Positions 38,646 to 53,188 of a stretch of 64,000 nucleotides of DNA are shown here, piece after piece; position 1 is the first letter of the stretch, and the number at the start of each line of letters is the position of its first letter. Both the position numbers and the translations under genes were made by a program. The stretch comes from Vicugna vicugna. Taxonomy: Eukaryota. A model generated the notes under the pieces. The model saw only the letters and a list, made by a program, of their open reading frames with translations. It had not been told where the DNA came from and searched no databases. The stretch spans positions 689,418-753,417 of the forward strand of contig MU058257.1 in assembly GCA_013265495.1 (NCBI GenBank), read 5' to 3'.

Positions 38646-39694
38646 GTCATTAAGAGAACTGATGCTGTAAAGTCACAGGGAGACAGAGGAACAAGGTGCT
38701 TTTCCAGCATCTGAAGTCTTGGTGTGGGGACGAATTCATGCTCAGTCACAACCATTCAATAAAACAGATCCTCTGATCTAAATTTAAAATGCTGATTTTA
38801 AATATTGATCGATACTGATTTAAAATATTGTAGGTTCTCAAAACTGTCACATTACTTCAGAAATAGCCCATATTCCAGATACCTCATTAACTCTTGACTG
38901 CTTTTCCCTCTTGCAATGGTGCTTTATCTGTATCACATTATTACTGCTTTCATCACTTTCCAATCTGTTGTTTGCTCTTTTATTTTTTTAAAAGTAGGAA
39001 ATCATAGAAAATTGGTTCTAAAATGTGTCCCTCAGAATGCCAGTGCGAGGAATGCTTCATGAAAAAAAAAATTTTTTCCCCCCAAAATTTGGGGACTCCA
39101 TTTGGGGACTCTGCACATCATAATGTTCTTTTTGTGAATATCCAGAATTTCTATCAGTATAAAGGCTCTGAGAAGTCCCGCAGATTTAACCTTGATTTAA
39201 CTTGGTTTAACCCAAAGAATGCCAATCTTGTTGATCAGAAGACCCTTTTATTACCCAACACACATGGAACTAGAGCTGGTCAGAAAATATGTTCTATGTG
39301 CTGTTTTGAAAAGTCACTCAGTTGGCACTTGCCACAGGTCAGAAATAATAAAAAAAAAAACCCAGGGAGGGAATCAACTTTGCAAATGATGACACAAATT
39401 TGACAAGCTGGAGATAAATCTGGCGACTTGATTCCTTCTTCCATTCTGCCCTACATGTTAGAAATGTGATTTGAATCAGTGCTTCGGAGAACTGCCTCAG
39501 TGACTGTTTCTGGCTAACCGAGCATGGTGCTGACGTGTAAGACGGTGCCTGTACTTGGTACAGGGGGCTCAATCGAGGCTGGAAAATGTGCTTGGCACAG
39601 CGGACCTTGAGGGCAGGATGCAGGAATGCCCTGGTTCTACTACCGAGCTTATGTTGAGGTGAACACCGCGAAGAGATCTAAGAAAAGTTCACAG

Positions 39695-39810
39695 TGGGAA
39701 GAGACCTAAGGGATAACAAACCAATATTGCATTTCACAGATGAGAAAACTGAAGCCGGAACACTTAGGGACCCGGACAGTTCCAGTCCAGGAGAACCAGA
39801 ACTTTCTACT
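39695..39810 (-). mobile_element. MIR remnant
   Basis: atttcacagatgagaaaactgaagcc matches the MIR core in reverse orientation. Confidence 0.55.
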
Positions 39811-40913
39811 GCATGATGAGGAATGATGCACTGCTGCATCTCACTGTTTAGGGGAAGATGAAAAGGGTCCTTATGGTCATCTGGGTCTCCTTTCAATCTG
39901 GATTTCCACCAAGGGATTGCTCAGGCTTGTTACAAAACCTACAGGAGGAGGAAGCGCATAGTCCACACAGGGTGTCCAGCCCATCCTTGGTGCCTGGCGA
40001 TGGTTTCAAGTCTCCCTGACTTGTCTCAGAGCCGGACCTTCAATAATATGTCTTCAGGATTCCATGCAGTTTCCACCCATTGACCCTAAGACCACATTCA
40101 GTTCCCCTTCCACAGACGAGGCCTCAGCTCTCTGAGCAAAAACTTCATGCCCCTAGTCTCTAACTTGCTGGGGTTTGTAAGAAGATAAAAATTTAAAGAA
40201 TTAACTTATTAGATTGACACACACACACACACAACAAGAAGAACCCAGGGAAGTGTAGAAACCACTTCTCTAATTGCTCCAGGGTGGCCGAGACATGACT
40301 TCAGCAATCCAGGGATGGTGGACACTGCAAAAGCGTGGATGTGTTTCAGAATCTCTGTAGCTGTTTTGGGGACCTGGGGTGGTATCTGTGCCAGTAAGGG
40401 CAGGATGCAGGGCTTAGCTTCCAGTCTCCTCTCTTTCCAGAACCTTCTCTCCCTCCATTCCCACACGTCTAGCCGTTGCCCTTCTTACTGGTTTTGGACT
40501 ATGTGTTCTAAGGGTAGGGTCTTTCCCTGGGTATGAAAAACCAGCTCAGGGGAGTAAGGACCCAGGAAACATAAAACAGGTGCAGAGCAGAAGGGAGGGC
40601 TGACCCGGGACCCCCTCCCCTCCCACCGTGGATGGAGCCAGAGGTCAGAGGCATGCCTGGGTGACAGTTTAACATAAGCATTTTCCATATCAACTTGGAG
40701 GGTGGGTTTTCTGATGCCAAAGCAAAAATGTAATTTATTCTGCTGATTTTTTTTTTTACACAAACTAGGCACTCCAGCCAAGAATGCCAAATCCTGGACC
40801 AAGAACATTCCTATTTTTGTAACTGTTAACGTTCTATGTTGAATTTTCTCTTCCTCCCTCCCTCTTCACACTACTCTGCAGTTTCATGCCAACCTCAGGT
40901 CCCTTTAATGTTT

Positions 40914-40937
40914 TGTGTGTGTGTGTGTGTGTGTGTG
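40914..40937. repeat. (TG)12 microsatellite
   Basis: Uninterrupted tg run. Confidence 0.9.
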
Positions 40938-43900
40938 ATACAGTAAGACCATTGCTGCATCGTAAAAATGTCACCGATTCAGGACACTTCTCCTAATGAC
41001 TCAGGCTATCATAGTTCTCCTTCCCAGACATGGACAAATTACCCATTTTCATTAATAAAACACGCACATAGCCTTCATAATGGTTTTCACCTTAAAACAG
41101 GCTTCTGTAAATTTGGAAGTCAAGTGGCCTTCCTACCAATCCCTTACCACCCATCTCCTGAATTACTCACGACGAACGTGCGCCCAGAAGCACAGGTTAA
41201 CAACAGTCCCAACGCCACCAACGCAGGAGCCAGCCCTGGATCGGGGAGTCATTAAACAGAATAACTTCGACCTGAAGTTTTTCTCATTTTTCCCCTTTAA
41301 AGTCCAACGTCTTCAAAAATACGTCCTCCCTAATGTGTGACAGGCATGTCAAACACAGGCTGTGTAAATGTCTGAACAGTAAAAATATCGATCTCATCAA
41401 CGGGAATTTTCTGTGCAGATGGTAGGAGACCATTAGCAAAAGCTTTTATTTTTCCTTCCATCATGCTTTGCCATTAAGGAGGAAAGAATTCTTAGCATGT
41501 GTGAAATACCCATATGTATTATATCTCTCTCTATATATATTTAAAATCTTCAGTGAAAAAAGCAGTAATTGCTCATATTTGTATGTAAGCTTATAATCAC
41601 TCATAATGGTACGTATAATCATAGATACGTAAATTTTGGTGAAGAAATAGTAATAGCTTAGATTTACATATTACTCTTCTCCGAGCAGCTGAGAGAGCGT
41701 TCTCGCTTGTCACTGTGGTGCAGGCTTGCGAAGAGAGCGTGGACAGGTAGCACCCATGACACGGGAGGGAAGCTGTGCTCACATCACTCCCAGAACAGCC
41801 GATCAATGTTGTTAAACCACTGGTTTCACAGGGGATTCGTTACTGGATTTGCTAGTGAATCCACTGAATTAACTCTTGACTTGTTCGCCCAGAGTCACAC
41901 AGAAGTGCCTGGAGTGGAGACTGGGGGTGCAGACAGAGGTGACCCCTCACCCGCGGGGTCTGGACCTCACTGTCCGGGACTAGAGGAGAACCGACAGCCT
42001 GGGCGCCGGGGAGAAGGTAAAAGAGACAGAAGCTGTGCCCGTGGTCGGTGAGGAGGGTGATTCGAGGACACTGCTACAGCAGCGTGTCTTCCGCGGCCCC
42101 CGGAGCGTGCTGTCCCATTTCCTCTTCAGAGCTGTCTCGGGGAGGGTGTCGCCCCGGGGCCGCAAACAACACGCGGCATTCCCTTCTTGCTTGAAACCCA
42201 ACTTTTAAAAAGCAGTCTTTAAATCTGGTTCAAATGACTTCTGATCATGGTCTCAAAAAAGGAAAAAGATAAAAGATGAATTCTAGGAGATACAGGGCAG
42301 GGTAAAATAGGAAATTAGAAAGGGTGACTTGGAGGTCAAATTCATGTCCAGGTATTTAGCTGCAGGGTTTTCGTTTTAAGGCACAAACTGAAAAAGCCAT
42401 CACCTGGCCAGTCCCGCGGTCCCTGCTGCATCTCTGGCCAGTTACCCCCTGGGTTGTGTTGGCGCTACCAAAAGTCGAGGACAAGTGCCCAAATGTCCCT
42501 CGTGGAAAGGTAACTGCACAGAGTTGTTCTGACAGCTCTTCCTCGGAGCATCTCTTTTCTTTATCTTGCCGGCCCACGTTCCATTCCTCCAAAGGCCAAC
42601 TCTGGGTCCACTTCTGTGAAGCTTTTCTCAGACTCAGTCACCTGTCCACATTCCTTCCACCTGAACTGATGAAGCCCTGAGCCAGCACGGCCCGAGTAAT
42701 TACCGCTTTGCCCAATATCGAGCTGGAAGTATTATTTCAAGTGTTACCAGGCCTCATTTATTTCCCTGGTAAGACCATACTTCTTGTCGGTAGAAAGTCT
42801 GTCTCTCTCTTTCTGTTTATCTTGGGTTTGTCTGAGAATCAGAAACAAAACCGATTTCCTTGGAAATACGTTCAGGCTTGTGGAGAAAATAAATAAACAA
42901 GAGAGAAACTAGCATGAACATCGCATAACCACTATTCTGTCTTCCTATTTTAGCCACGTTTACATGGAATCTTCTAGGCTGTTTCGTAAACAGTTCTGAA
43001 AGAAAACAACTTAACACTTTCGAAAAATTTTTTCTACCAATCACCTACATGGCTTTGGGGAAAACGCAAGACACGGTGTGTTCTGCTTTTGTTCCAATTA
43101 CATTATCCCTTATTAAAACAGCCATCGTGATGACAACGTCTCCTTGCGAGAGCGCACCGAGTTCTTAGGGCACAGCCTCACCTGGATGTTCTGGGATTTG
43201 GGTGCCTGGCTCCCATTAGTGATAGTAAGTATTGCGTCTATAAATCCCTAGATGCTTCTGTCCGTCATACCTGCTTCAGTTTCCACAGGTGGGATGTCTC
43301 GTTTAATGAGGTCGGTGTCCCCAAGATTGCTATTTAGGAAAACACCATGTTCAGATTTCCTCTTTTCTGCCATCCCTGAGCATGTTACAAGGTGGGAGAT
43401 ACTGACGCATTTTGAATTGTATGTTAAGAAGCTGTAATTCTTTACCTTCTAAAGAAATTTGCTCCACATAAAGTCTCAACCCAGTGGACATCAGTGTGTG
43501 TTAGAAACACAGACATGTGGTGAGTTTTCTCCCCGCTGCGTTCGCTCCCTGCTTCATCACCGGGGTCTGCGCCCTTCCACGAGGGGCAAGCATCACAGGC
43601 GGGCACAGGCTTTATTTTCACACAGATCTCCGGGTGCCCCCCACACAATTCTGTCTCCTCTCTCTGGTGCACGAACAGAAAAACTCAGCGCCATTTGTAT
43701 TTGAGGTCAGTATCTGTGGAAGCCAACATTTTAGGCTGTTTCTTTCCTTCGTCATTTGAATTTCAAATTCTTATCCTCACGCTTTTCACCCTGCTTGAAA
43801 TCCAGACCCTCAGGAGAATGGCGCACTCTGCTCTAATAATCTCTGTCTGTTATACGGCTTAGAGATGTAAATGACAGGTTTTGTTCTTTTATTTCTCCTT

Positions 43901-45559
43901 CTTAGAATCAAACTTGCATTAAAATGGGATATACGTCCAGCCGGCACTCTGTGAGCGAGGCTGTATGTGACGCCTGTGTGGGATACATCTGTGTGTCTGT
44001 GTATTGGTTGTGGGTCAGCATAAATACAAAAGCCTACAATCTTATCCAAGGCAGATTAATTTCCAAATAAAAAGCTTCCAAATCTGTGCTAGTTGACACC
44101 AAACACTGCCACTTGAAGTTGATTTTGTGCCTCCCTTACCTAGAGGTTTTCCCATCCGTGGGAGCCACTGAGGCAGGAGCTGCGGATGAGTGAATCCAAC
44201 CCCAGGCCTGGCAGGTGATTAACTCTAGTCGCCAGGTGATCAGCCGTCCCCCCAGGGTCCCAGCCTTGCCGGTCAGCAGCCTGCACCCAAACTCCTTCAG
44301 GAAAGGCAAGCAAACTTGAACACGCCATTTTTTTTAAGGCACCCTTGGTGCGGTTGCCACAGACTCTGTGTTATTCCCTGCACGCCTTCTCGGTGGAGTC
44401 CGATTTCCAGTTTTTGTTAAATTAGTTTCCTATCAGTCAGCACTTGTTTAAAAACATGTCATAAGCCTCTGTGGCTGGTGCACGCTCCAATTACCTCTGA
44501 TTATTGCATCAAGATGCACAAACGAGATACCCGTGTCACTCCTGTTTACTGCCAAACGCTACTGAAACAAACTGAAAGTCAATTTCGGAACAGATGGCAA
44601 CAACCCATCAAAACAGAGCAAGCGGGGGCCGGGCCCCGAGGTGAGCCAGGCCATTGCTGAGCCAAGGTGGCCTCTCAGCTCATCGTTTAAACACGGTCTC
44701 GTGGCCCGGCGCGCTGAATGCTTTCTTGGTGTTTCTCCTGGCACTGAGTGTGCGCTGCCCCTCTGGGGTGCCGTGTGTGGCGGGTATGGACTAAATACCA
44801 CGCCTCCTTCTGCCAGCAGCACTTTTAGGAGGGGACAAATGACTGGGTGCTTTTATAAATAGTCATGCCGTAGGTGTCCGCAGAAAGCAACCTTTGTGCG
44901 GGGCTTTTAAAAGCGTTTGCTTTCTATACACAAACCATAAAATGGTCAAGTTCAAATTTTCAGCTATAATTTGGGCAGTAGGTCTCAGGCCCCTTGGTAG
45001 GCTGATGGGACATTTTTGTTGGCACAAACTAAGGGCCCAGGCTGACCGAATGCAATCTGGTTCCAAAAATTAATTTCACTTACATAATCCCCCCGAATAT
45101 GCAGCCCCGTGGTTTGAATTTATTTTGCGATTCATTGCAGCTGGGTTAAACTAGAGGGTTAAGAATTTTACGCCCCAGCCAGCTCTGACTCCAGAACAGA
45201 AACATACACAAATTTCTCCCATCATCTGTTGCTTCGGGGCAAGGAAGAAGAAAGCCTCTGTAATCTGGAGACAAGACTTTTCCAGACAGCTGTGAATGAC
45301 AGGAGCCACCATGCGTCACTGAGAAGCGCGTTGTGGCAGCCTGGGGCGCGGCCAGAAATCAGTGGCATGAAGAACGGGGACCAAATAGAAAAAACTCAAA
45401 GAGCCTGCGAATTCCGCTTACCATAAACATTTAAAATGTGGGCTACAGAGTGTTTCCTGGAAGCAGAGAATTAAACAGGGCTAGCATTTAGAAGAGTTGT
45501 AGGCTGTACCGTGTAGACAGAGTTACGTCCATCAGGTCTCAAGTTGGGGTGAAATGAAC

Positions 45560-45680
45560 TGGTTCAATCTCTTTGTTTTAAATATGGAAACTGAGACGCA
45601 GAGAGGTTGAACTGGCCAAGTTAACGTCAGCACTGAATGACCCAGGTCTTCTGACCCCCTGCCTGGTCCTTTTCCATAGA
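45560..45680 (-). mobile_element. MIR remnant
   Basis: atggaaactgagacgcagagaggttgaactggccaag...gacccaggtcttctgac. Confidence 0.6.
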
Positions 45681-47339
45681 TGCTCCGAACGTGCTTCCCC
45701 ACTCGTGCTGCTTAAGGATGAAAATCTTCTCTCTCGATTTCCTGCTCTAATTTTCCGTGAAGAACAGAATTCTACCAACTCTTGATTGTGGACCCTCTTG
45801 CTTCTCGAGCATATTTTAATAAGCAAAGTGATATTAAACATCTTCACTCGTAAAATGTTCATTTTCAAGGGTTCTGATGGACTTGGTGAATGCTTAATTA
45901 CAAATAAGGTAGATTTTTCTATGTCTGTGTCTCATTTCTATGAGGCGGACTTTCACATGGAAACTCAAGGGGAAGGTGTCTGAAGATTTTGGTGGGAATT
46001 GTAACATGAAAGGGCTTGAAAAGGCTCCAGGTTCATTTGTACAGCCTGATCCAGGTCAGGCAGGTGAGCAGGTCTGTGTCGGTCCAAAGGAAGAAATTCC
46101 ACAGCATCCCTGGCAACTTTTTCCTGTATTTCATGACCCCTACTTTAAAGAAAATTTTATGACACTGTTCCAATCAGTCTTATTTTATTTTTAGACCATT
46201 TCTTCTCCTTTTTTTCTAGCTTATCAAAAGGCACAGATGAACATATACTTAAAAACCATAGGCTATTTTTAATCCCAGAATACTTAAATTCTCTATTTCT
46301 TTTCAGACAAGATAAGAAACGTTTATAAAACACTAACTTTAACACAGTAATCTGGACAGGGACTGTTCCCAGCCTTTTCCTTCCCTGGAATATTTTTGGC
46401 CCAGTAAACTTCAATTCAAACATCTTTGGTGGATACCTTGGCACCCAGTACAGAGGGAAGCAGTAACAAAGTGCTTCCTTAGAATTTTACAACCTGTTTG
46501 TACTATTACATCTTTAAAAAGGTGATGGTGCATTTAATCACATACACAATTCATTTCATTGCGCTAGAAACAAGGAAAGCCGGCATGAACTAGAATTGCA
46601 GAAGGGAATTTGGAGGGGATCTTCTCTGACCCCTAAAAGTCACGGATAAGGAAGGAGAGACCCTCGTAAGCGAGGTGGACCGCAGTCACTCCACCCGCAG
46701 TCCACAGCAGGGTGAGTGCTGAGTTCTGGGTTCTCTTTTCCAGATCTATGCTTTGTCTGTTAAAACACCCCCACTTAGCACTCAGCAAAGGGGAGAAAAC
46801 AGAAAACGTATTTATCATCTTTGAAAGAAGAATGCTCGACATCTACTAACAGCCCTTGCACGCGTGCGCACACACACACACTCAGAATCTACAAAGATGC
46901 CTTAAAGCACAGCTGGTCTGCACAACGAGGATGTGGTGCTGTTGTCACGCTGTGGACTTGTTTTTTGCACGCCCCTGTGAATGAATGAATTTCACGCATC
47001 CACATCCAATGTGTGTTCTTTTATCTGTTACAATCACAGTATGGATAAAGTTCTTTCATCTGGCAGGCAAAGAGGTCCCGGATACCAAATAAGGAAGCCC
47101 TTTAGCTCATGTTACCCTGGAACAGTGCCAGGTGTGAGCAAGCCCGACTAAGCAGGACTGGTTTGTATAAAATCAGAGGAGGGTTCGCAGCCTCAAGGGA
47201 AAATCAGCATCTCTATCCTTGCAAGACGTTGATCGCGCACCTACTCTTACATGGAACGCTTTACACACTGGCAAGATTCCTGTGCATCTCAGATACTTCA
47301 GTGAGTGTTGGATTTGGGAGTAAGCTTTTAAAAAATATA

Positions 47340-47501
47340 TATTTTATTTATTTATTTTTCATTTTTGTTTTGGGGGAGGTAATTAGGTTTGTTTGTTTAT
47401 TTTAAGTTTATTTACTTATTTTTAAAATAGAGGTACTGGGGATTGAACCCAGGACCTCATGCATTCATGCACGGGCTCTACCACTGAGCTATAGCCTCCC
47501 C
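47340..47501 (-). mobile_element. tRNA-derived SINE, long-tailed form
   Basis: gggggaggtaattaggtttg...gaggtactggggattgaacccaggacctc...ctctaccactgagctatagcctcccc. Confidence 0.9.
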
Positions 47502-47839
47502 TTCTCTGACTTCTTAAGAGGGTATCACTCCCTTTCCTGGGGCTTAGCCTTTTTACATAATAATGCTTCAGGAAAACCCATTTCTAGTCACTGTGCTGGG
47601 AGACACAAGGGGCTAGAAGAGTATCCGAAAATTAATGAGGCAGAAAAGAAGTAACACGCCCTTCTTGTGAGTCCCTGCTGGGTTCCCCCCACGTATGTGC
47701 ACCTGGGAGAGGACCAGCAGCTTTGGCATACCTGAGCAGCAATAATAACATCCAACCCGGATGATCGCCTTGATGCCACAGCTGCCAACCCACTCGGCTG
47801 CCCGTGTCAGGGCCGGCAGCTGTGACGGCCACAGCGACA

Positions 47840-47985
47840 GCCAAGAAACCAGGACCCCAGGTCTCACTTGGACTCTGCTGCTGAGCAGCTGGGAGATGCC
47901 GGGTGAGTCACCGCACCTCTCTGGGCCTTTGTTTCCTCCTTCACAACCTAAGGGGGTTGCCCCAGATGACCTCTAAGGCCCTTTC
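47840..47985 (+). mobile_element. MIR remnant
   Basis: gggtgagtcaccgcacctctctgggcctttgtttcctc...cagatgacctctaaggccctttcc. Confidence 0.6.
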
Positions 47986-50900
47986 CATGCACATCACACG
48001 CGGATTCACAACCAGCCACATTGTCTCTGGCTGCCAACACAGCCTCTGGTTTGTCCTGACACCATCTCTGATGTGTCAGATGTGGGAGGTGGGTCTCAGG
48101 GCGGCGACTCGCCGAGTGTCAAACAGTTCTAAAACAATTTACAAATTGTAGGTTTTCATTCAGAGGATTATCTTTCAAAGAAGCACAACACAAACAGATC
48201 CTCCAGCACCGCCACACCAGGTGCCCTGGCACGCACTTCTGCAGGCACACGAGCATTTGTGTGCCTGATGAAATGCATGCCAAGTGCAGGCCACAGGAAA
48301 GTCTGGCTCCCCACACAAACAAACACACAAGTGGAGGGACAGGTGATGCATCCCTTGGCAACCCAGGAGTAACACAGAACTGAACTCTATAGACACCAGC
48401 ATCCCGGCCACTGGCACCACGGTCTACCAATTGGGAAACCAAGAAGCAGTAGTTCGCCTGTGGCAGCTCCAGACATAATTTATACCAGAGGCAGTGGAGA
48501 ACCTTTCATTTACAGCTTTTTTTTTAACATAATATTTTTGGGTACCCCATTAAATTAATCCACCATTAGCAGACCATTAGTTTAAGCTATCAGTGGCTAA
48601 AACAAATTAAACAATAAAACAGAACTGAAAAACCAGCAAAGCCCATGAACGTGGCTGAAAGAGTTGTCCATCATGCTGAAACTCAGGGAAATTAAGTTAA
48701 TAACAAGTAAAGCATAAAACACATCCTACCATCATTATGTAACCCAATAAAAGGGATTTTGTTTCTACCAAATGCCACCATTCATCTCATCAAGTTGAGG
48801 CTGTGACCTGGGTGTCTGGGTTTCAGAGTTTTGCTGGGATCAATGTGTGAACCTGCTTATTTATTCCAGGGGGCCGTTGAGCATAGATAAGGTATGAATG
48901 CATTGGGGGCATATCTATAATAAGTAAGATTATAATAAAAAAATAACTTTCGATGCAAAAGGTCCAAGGACGTGCTTTTCTGTAAAAGGGGGTCAGCATA
49001 TTCTTAAGTTTGAGAAACACTTTTCCTTCAGCCGTGTCCTCAGGCAGGAACGCGCAGACAGGAAGTTCTGTTTGAAGCCAGCCTGCCTTGCGGCCCACTG
49101 ACCTCTCCAGTGAGTCTGAGTGTTCTGGAACTCTTGGTCTCCTTTTCCTCTTAGTGACTCTAAGTGGACTCGTGAAAAAAGGCTCTTTTCATCTTAATCC
49201 TACTCCTCATACCCCAGCCAGCCTGGAGCCATCTGGAAATCTCAGAACCAGAAGGACGAGATGTTTCCAGAGCCTTAGGGACGTCCTGGATGCGGACAGG
49301 AGAGCTGCGAGGGCCGATCGCGGGCAGGAACGGCCCCTGCACCCTGGGGAGGCACACAGGGCCCTCCCTGCTGTAGAGCTGGAGGGGTGGGGAGGTCGGG
49401 GCCCAAGGCTGCTTCAGGCCCGGCGGGGAGTGCCCCGGAAGGGACGGGGCCACCAGAGCCCAGAGGGGATGAGCATCTCAGCCCTCCTAATCCAATGCAA
49501 ACAAAGACAACTCACTCAGCACAGCTTCAAACACCCTACAAATTGATTGTAAATCACAAACCGGAGGCCCACACAAACCGGAGCACGAACGCCCAACGCT
49601 GCTGTCTGTGGTGATGCCACACGAGGCGGGGTAAGCTGAGCGCAGGCACGGGCCGTGTGTCAGCACAGCGCAGCGCCCTTGGAAGGGGTGACCATCTCAT
49701 TTGCAACCTGAGTGAACAGTTTTCTCCGAGGGTGTTTTTAGAAGCTGTTTGCTGTGAGTTTCTCAGTTCCTCTAGATTGAGATCAAACATCAACAAGGAT
49801 GCTGGAATATTGCCGGGGCCTCTGCAAACTCTCCTTCTGATCTGACATCTCATGGAGTCAAAGTGCGTCTCGTTCTAAGGAAACCACTTTTCCTCCCAGC
49901 ACTTCGGGGCTTAAAGTAGGATTAACTCTCCTAGATTATACAGGCCCTGAGGGACAGGGAGAGGTGGGGAAACGGAGCCCCACCCTCCGGGTGATTTGCT
50001 GGGATCCCACAGTCAGATGCGCTATGGCCGGGCCTCATGGCCCTGGAAAACCAGACTCTTGGACGCTGCTCTAAGAGAAAATTCCCGAGTGTTACATTAG
50101 CCTTGAAAACAAGTCCCGTATTTTTCTGTTAATAATACACTTATCAACTTCAGTTCATAGGCAAAATCCATTTTCCTGTTAATCGCACACAATTTGGCAG
50201 GCATAAAATACACACACTTCTATGCAGCCAGCAAGGTTTTCAAGATCCTGGGATCCCCTGGGAATTTCTCTTCTCAGTTGGTGAAAGAGAACTTACAGGA
50301 GAGCCCACTGTCAGCACTGGGCCCGGGAGCAGCGGGTGACGTCACAGTCACCTCGTCTCTATCCCAGGTGGCCAGGACTCAGCTGCCGGGCACTCAGAGA
50401 CGCAGGTGGCCCTCCCGTGGGCCTGCTCCTCTGGGTCTCACCCCCACCCCAGCCTGCAGTGTGTCACGGTTCTGAAGGAGCTGTGTGCACACAGCCACCC
50501 CCACTTCTCTGTGCACCATCCACGCCTTCTGCATGGCCACGCCTGATTCCGAGAAACGCCTGGTGACTTTTCAACCCGGCAGTAGAAGGGCCCACTTCAC
50601 GCTGCAGCCTGAATTCCTAAGATCCCAAGTGCTCTTCACCTCCTGCGCAGGAAGTAACCACACTGGTACTAGCTGTGCAAACGGGGACTCCATCACCTCC
50701 GTGTGGCTGGTCGGGGAACATGAGGTCCCGTCGCTGAGCTGACCCAGGATCACCCAGGCCACGTGGTGCTTTGGCATCGGGAGGGTATGGCATTAAACCT
50801 GCCACCTCAAGTCCTGTCCTCTTAGGCGGATCTTATAAACTTTTTATACTTGGCTTCCTCTTTGGTCAAATGGGAAGGATGATGCCTTGCTTGCCCTGTG

Positions 50901-53188
50901 CTTGTGAGGCTTAAAGATCACAGCCACCCACCACCAGGAACATGACACCAACGAGTTACAGGCCTAGGCTGGCAGGTTTCCAGGATGTAAATTCCATATT
51001 CTTCCCACAAATCAAAATACTCCCTCCACCAGCAGCCCTGCCACAACTGTAACTTCCGCCACCCATTCTTCATAACCATCCACTTGTGCCCAGAACTTAA
51101 CCAGGTACCCCACCCCACTCCGACCCCCATCACATTTTCTCCACCAATAACCCCAAAAAGCACTGTTTTTAGATTCACTTTGCAGCTGAGAGCAAGGAGG
51201 CTAAGTGAGTTTGCCCCGGGTGTGGATGCAGAGCCGGTGGGTCTGACTCGTGGGCTGGGAGGTGCCAGGCGCTGGTTTGAAAAACGAGCAAGGCATTTGG
51301 TGCAGATCCCAACTCCACCTGGGGGATTTCACCAGCCACTGCCACACACAAAACTGTTCCTCTCCTGTCATGCCTCATTTCTGAGCCATTTTCTTAAAGG
51401 TTCACTAACATCTAGGTCATGCTTAGCGAACAGCGTGGAGAAGAAGCATTGTGAGTAGCAACTGAAACGTACACACTCTTATTTTCAATCTCCTAATGAT
51501 TAGTTCTAGAATGATTAATTCCACAGGATCACAAGGCCTCTCCCAAGTTCGCTTTCACATGGAAAATAGTAATATTGTCTTTTCTCCCAAACAGGCTGAG
51601 CCCAGAGGCTTCATGTCAAAAAAACATTTCAGATTTCTCCCAGGCAGAGAATAACTTGACAAGGGAAACAGAACTGAAGAAAAGATGGGCTAACAGCTTT
51701 CTTACTCCCAACACGTACACGACTTAGACACATCTGAGAGCCACTATCTCCTCCCTGCCCAGCACAAACCTTTCCAATTATACTTTTAATCAAGAATTCC
51801 TTCTTCTGGTGTTACTTCCTGCCCTTCTGGGTTCTTATGATATTCAGTTTCCATCCTGGTCTCATCCTGTTTGGCCCCTTTGCGTAAAACCTAAGGAGCC
51901 TGGCCCAGGGCTTTCAAAGCCCCAGCGGTCTGTAAACAGGAAAGGTTTCCTCCGAGGTGGAGGGCCCCTCCTGGATCAAAAGATAGCTCTTGGATAAGGC
52001 CTTCCCCCAAATTTTCAACCATTAGCACTTCGAGATCAGATGCTGTCCTGGAGGGCACCCGACTAGCCATCCACCGGCAGAGGTGCCGGGCATCCTGCCA
52101 GGAGTCCAAGGGCCACACAGAAACTGCAGGAAGAATCAGTTGCAGCTGGTCTGTCTGTTAACGAGGAGGCAGGGCCTGGAGAAACATAACGATTTCCTCT
52201 GCGCCATGGTCCCAGCTGGTTAACAGCCACGGTGGGGTGGGAGGGGGGAGGCCGACTTCAGAGCACAAAAGGGGAGCCAGGGGGCTGCATGAGGTGCTCT
52301 GGCAAACTTGGGGACCCCAGAGTTTGGAAAGAATGACTTGACACAAAAAAGGCTGCTTTTACCTCCATGGCTTGAACGTGGCAGAACTGCTTTTGAGACA
52401 TGGGAGCAGAAGCCAATGCTGCTAGTTGGAGACATCCTTCCACATAAAAGCCCTGCGTATGTTTTGTTTGAGAGTCAACTTAATTACTTTACAGCCACAG
52501 TTCCTATTTTCAAAGTGGGGGACATCTTTTTCCGAGGCAGCTCATCCTCCCCAGGTCATTTCATCAGAAGCTATTAAATTCAGGCAAAAATCTGTCCTCC
52601 ACTGTCATGATAGTCTGCGTTCCTTTCTAGTTAATCACACCTGTTCTGTGACCCTCAGTCTGTAAAAGTGAAGTGGGGGGGAAGGATCTGTTTTCTTCTT
52701 ACCGAGGTGGGCAAACAGATCAAAGTCTGTACCAAAACAAACGAACATTTAAAGAAGACCTGCATTGGTCTTATCTACAGAGCTGCTCTTTTTAATTACC
52801 CGGCAAGGAAAAGGGGGTGTTTTGAATTCTTATCACACCCTTCTCTGTAACTCTCAGCTGGCACTTACAGACTGCCTGGTTTCTTTGGCTCTTTCCTTAT
52901 TTGGATAATCTCCACCTTCTGAAATAGCTTAGAAACTTAAACCCCAGAGGAGGATACTACAGTTCTGTGTGTCTCCCTTCCGTACTCCGTAGGTACCAAC
53001 AGGTCCATAACAACTTCAAGTTTAAACTCTACCTTCTTTCTTTCCAATTGACAGTGATCAGGACCCTCTTTAGTTATAATATGGGAGTGAGGTGAGGAAG
53101 TCAAAGGTGGTCAATGTGAAAGACTGTTGGGTTTCAGAATCTCTAAGTCAGACGGTGGTTAATAAGAAAGAAATGTTGCAGAGAATTG

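Noticed and set aside
39090..39310. Possible degenerate hAT/Charlie-type DNA transposon
   Set aside because: aaaggctctgagaagtcc...tttaaccca looks repeat-like, but I could not assign family or ends with confidence.
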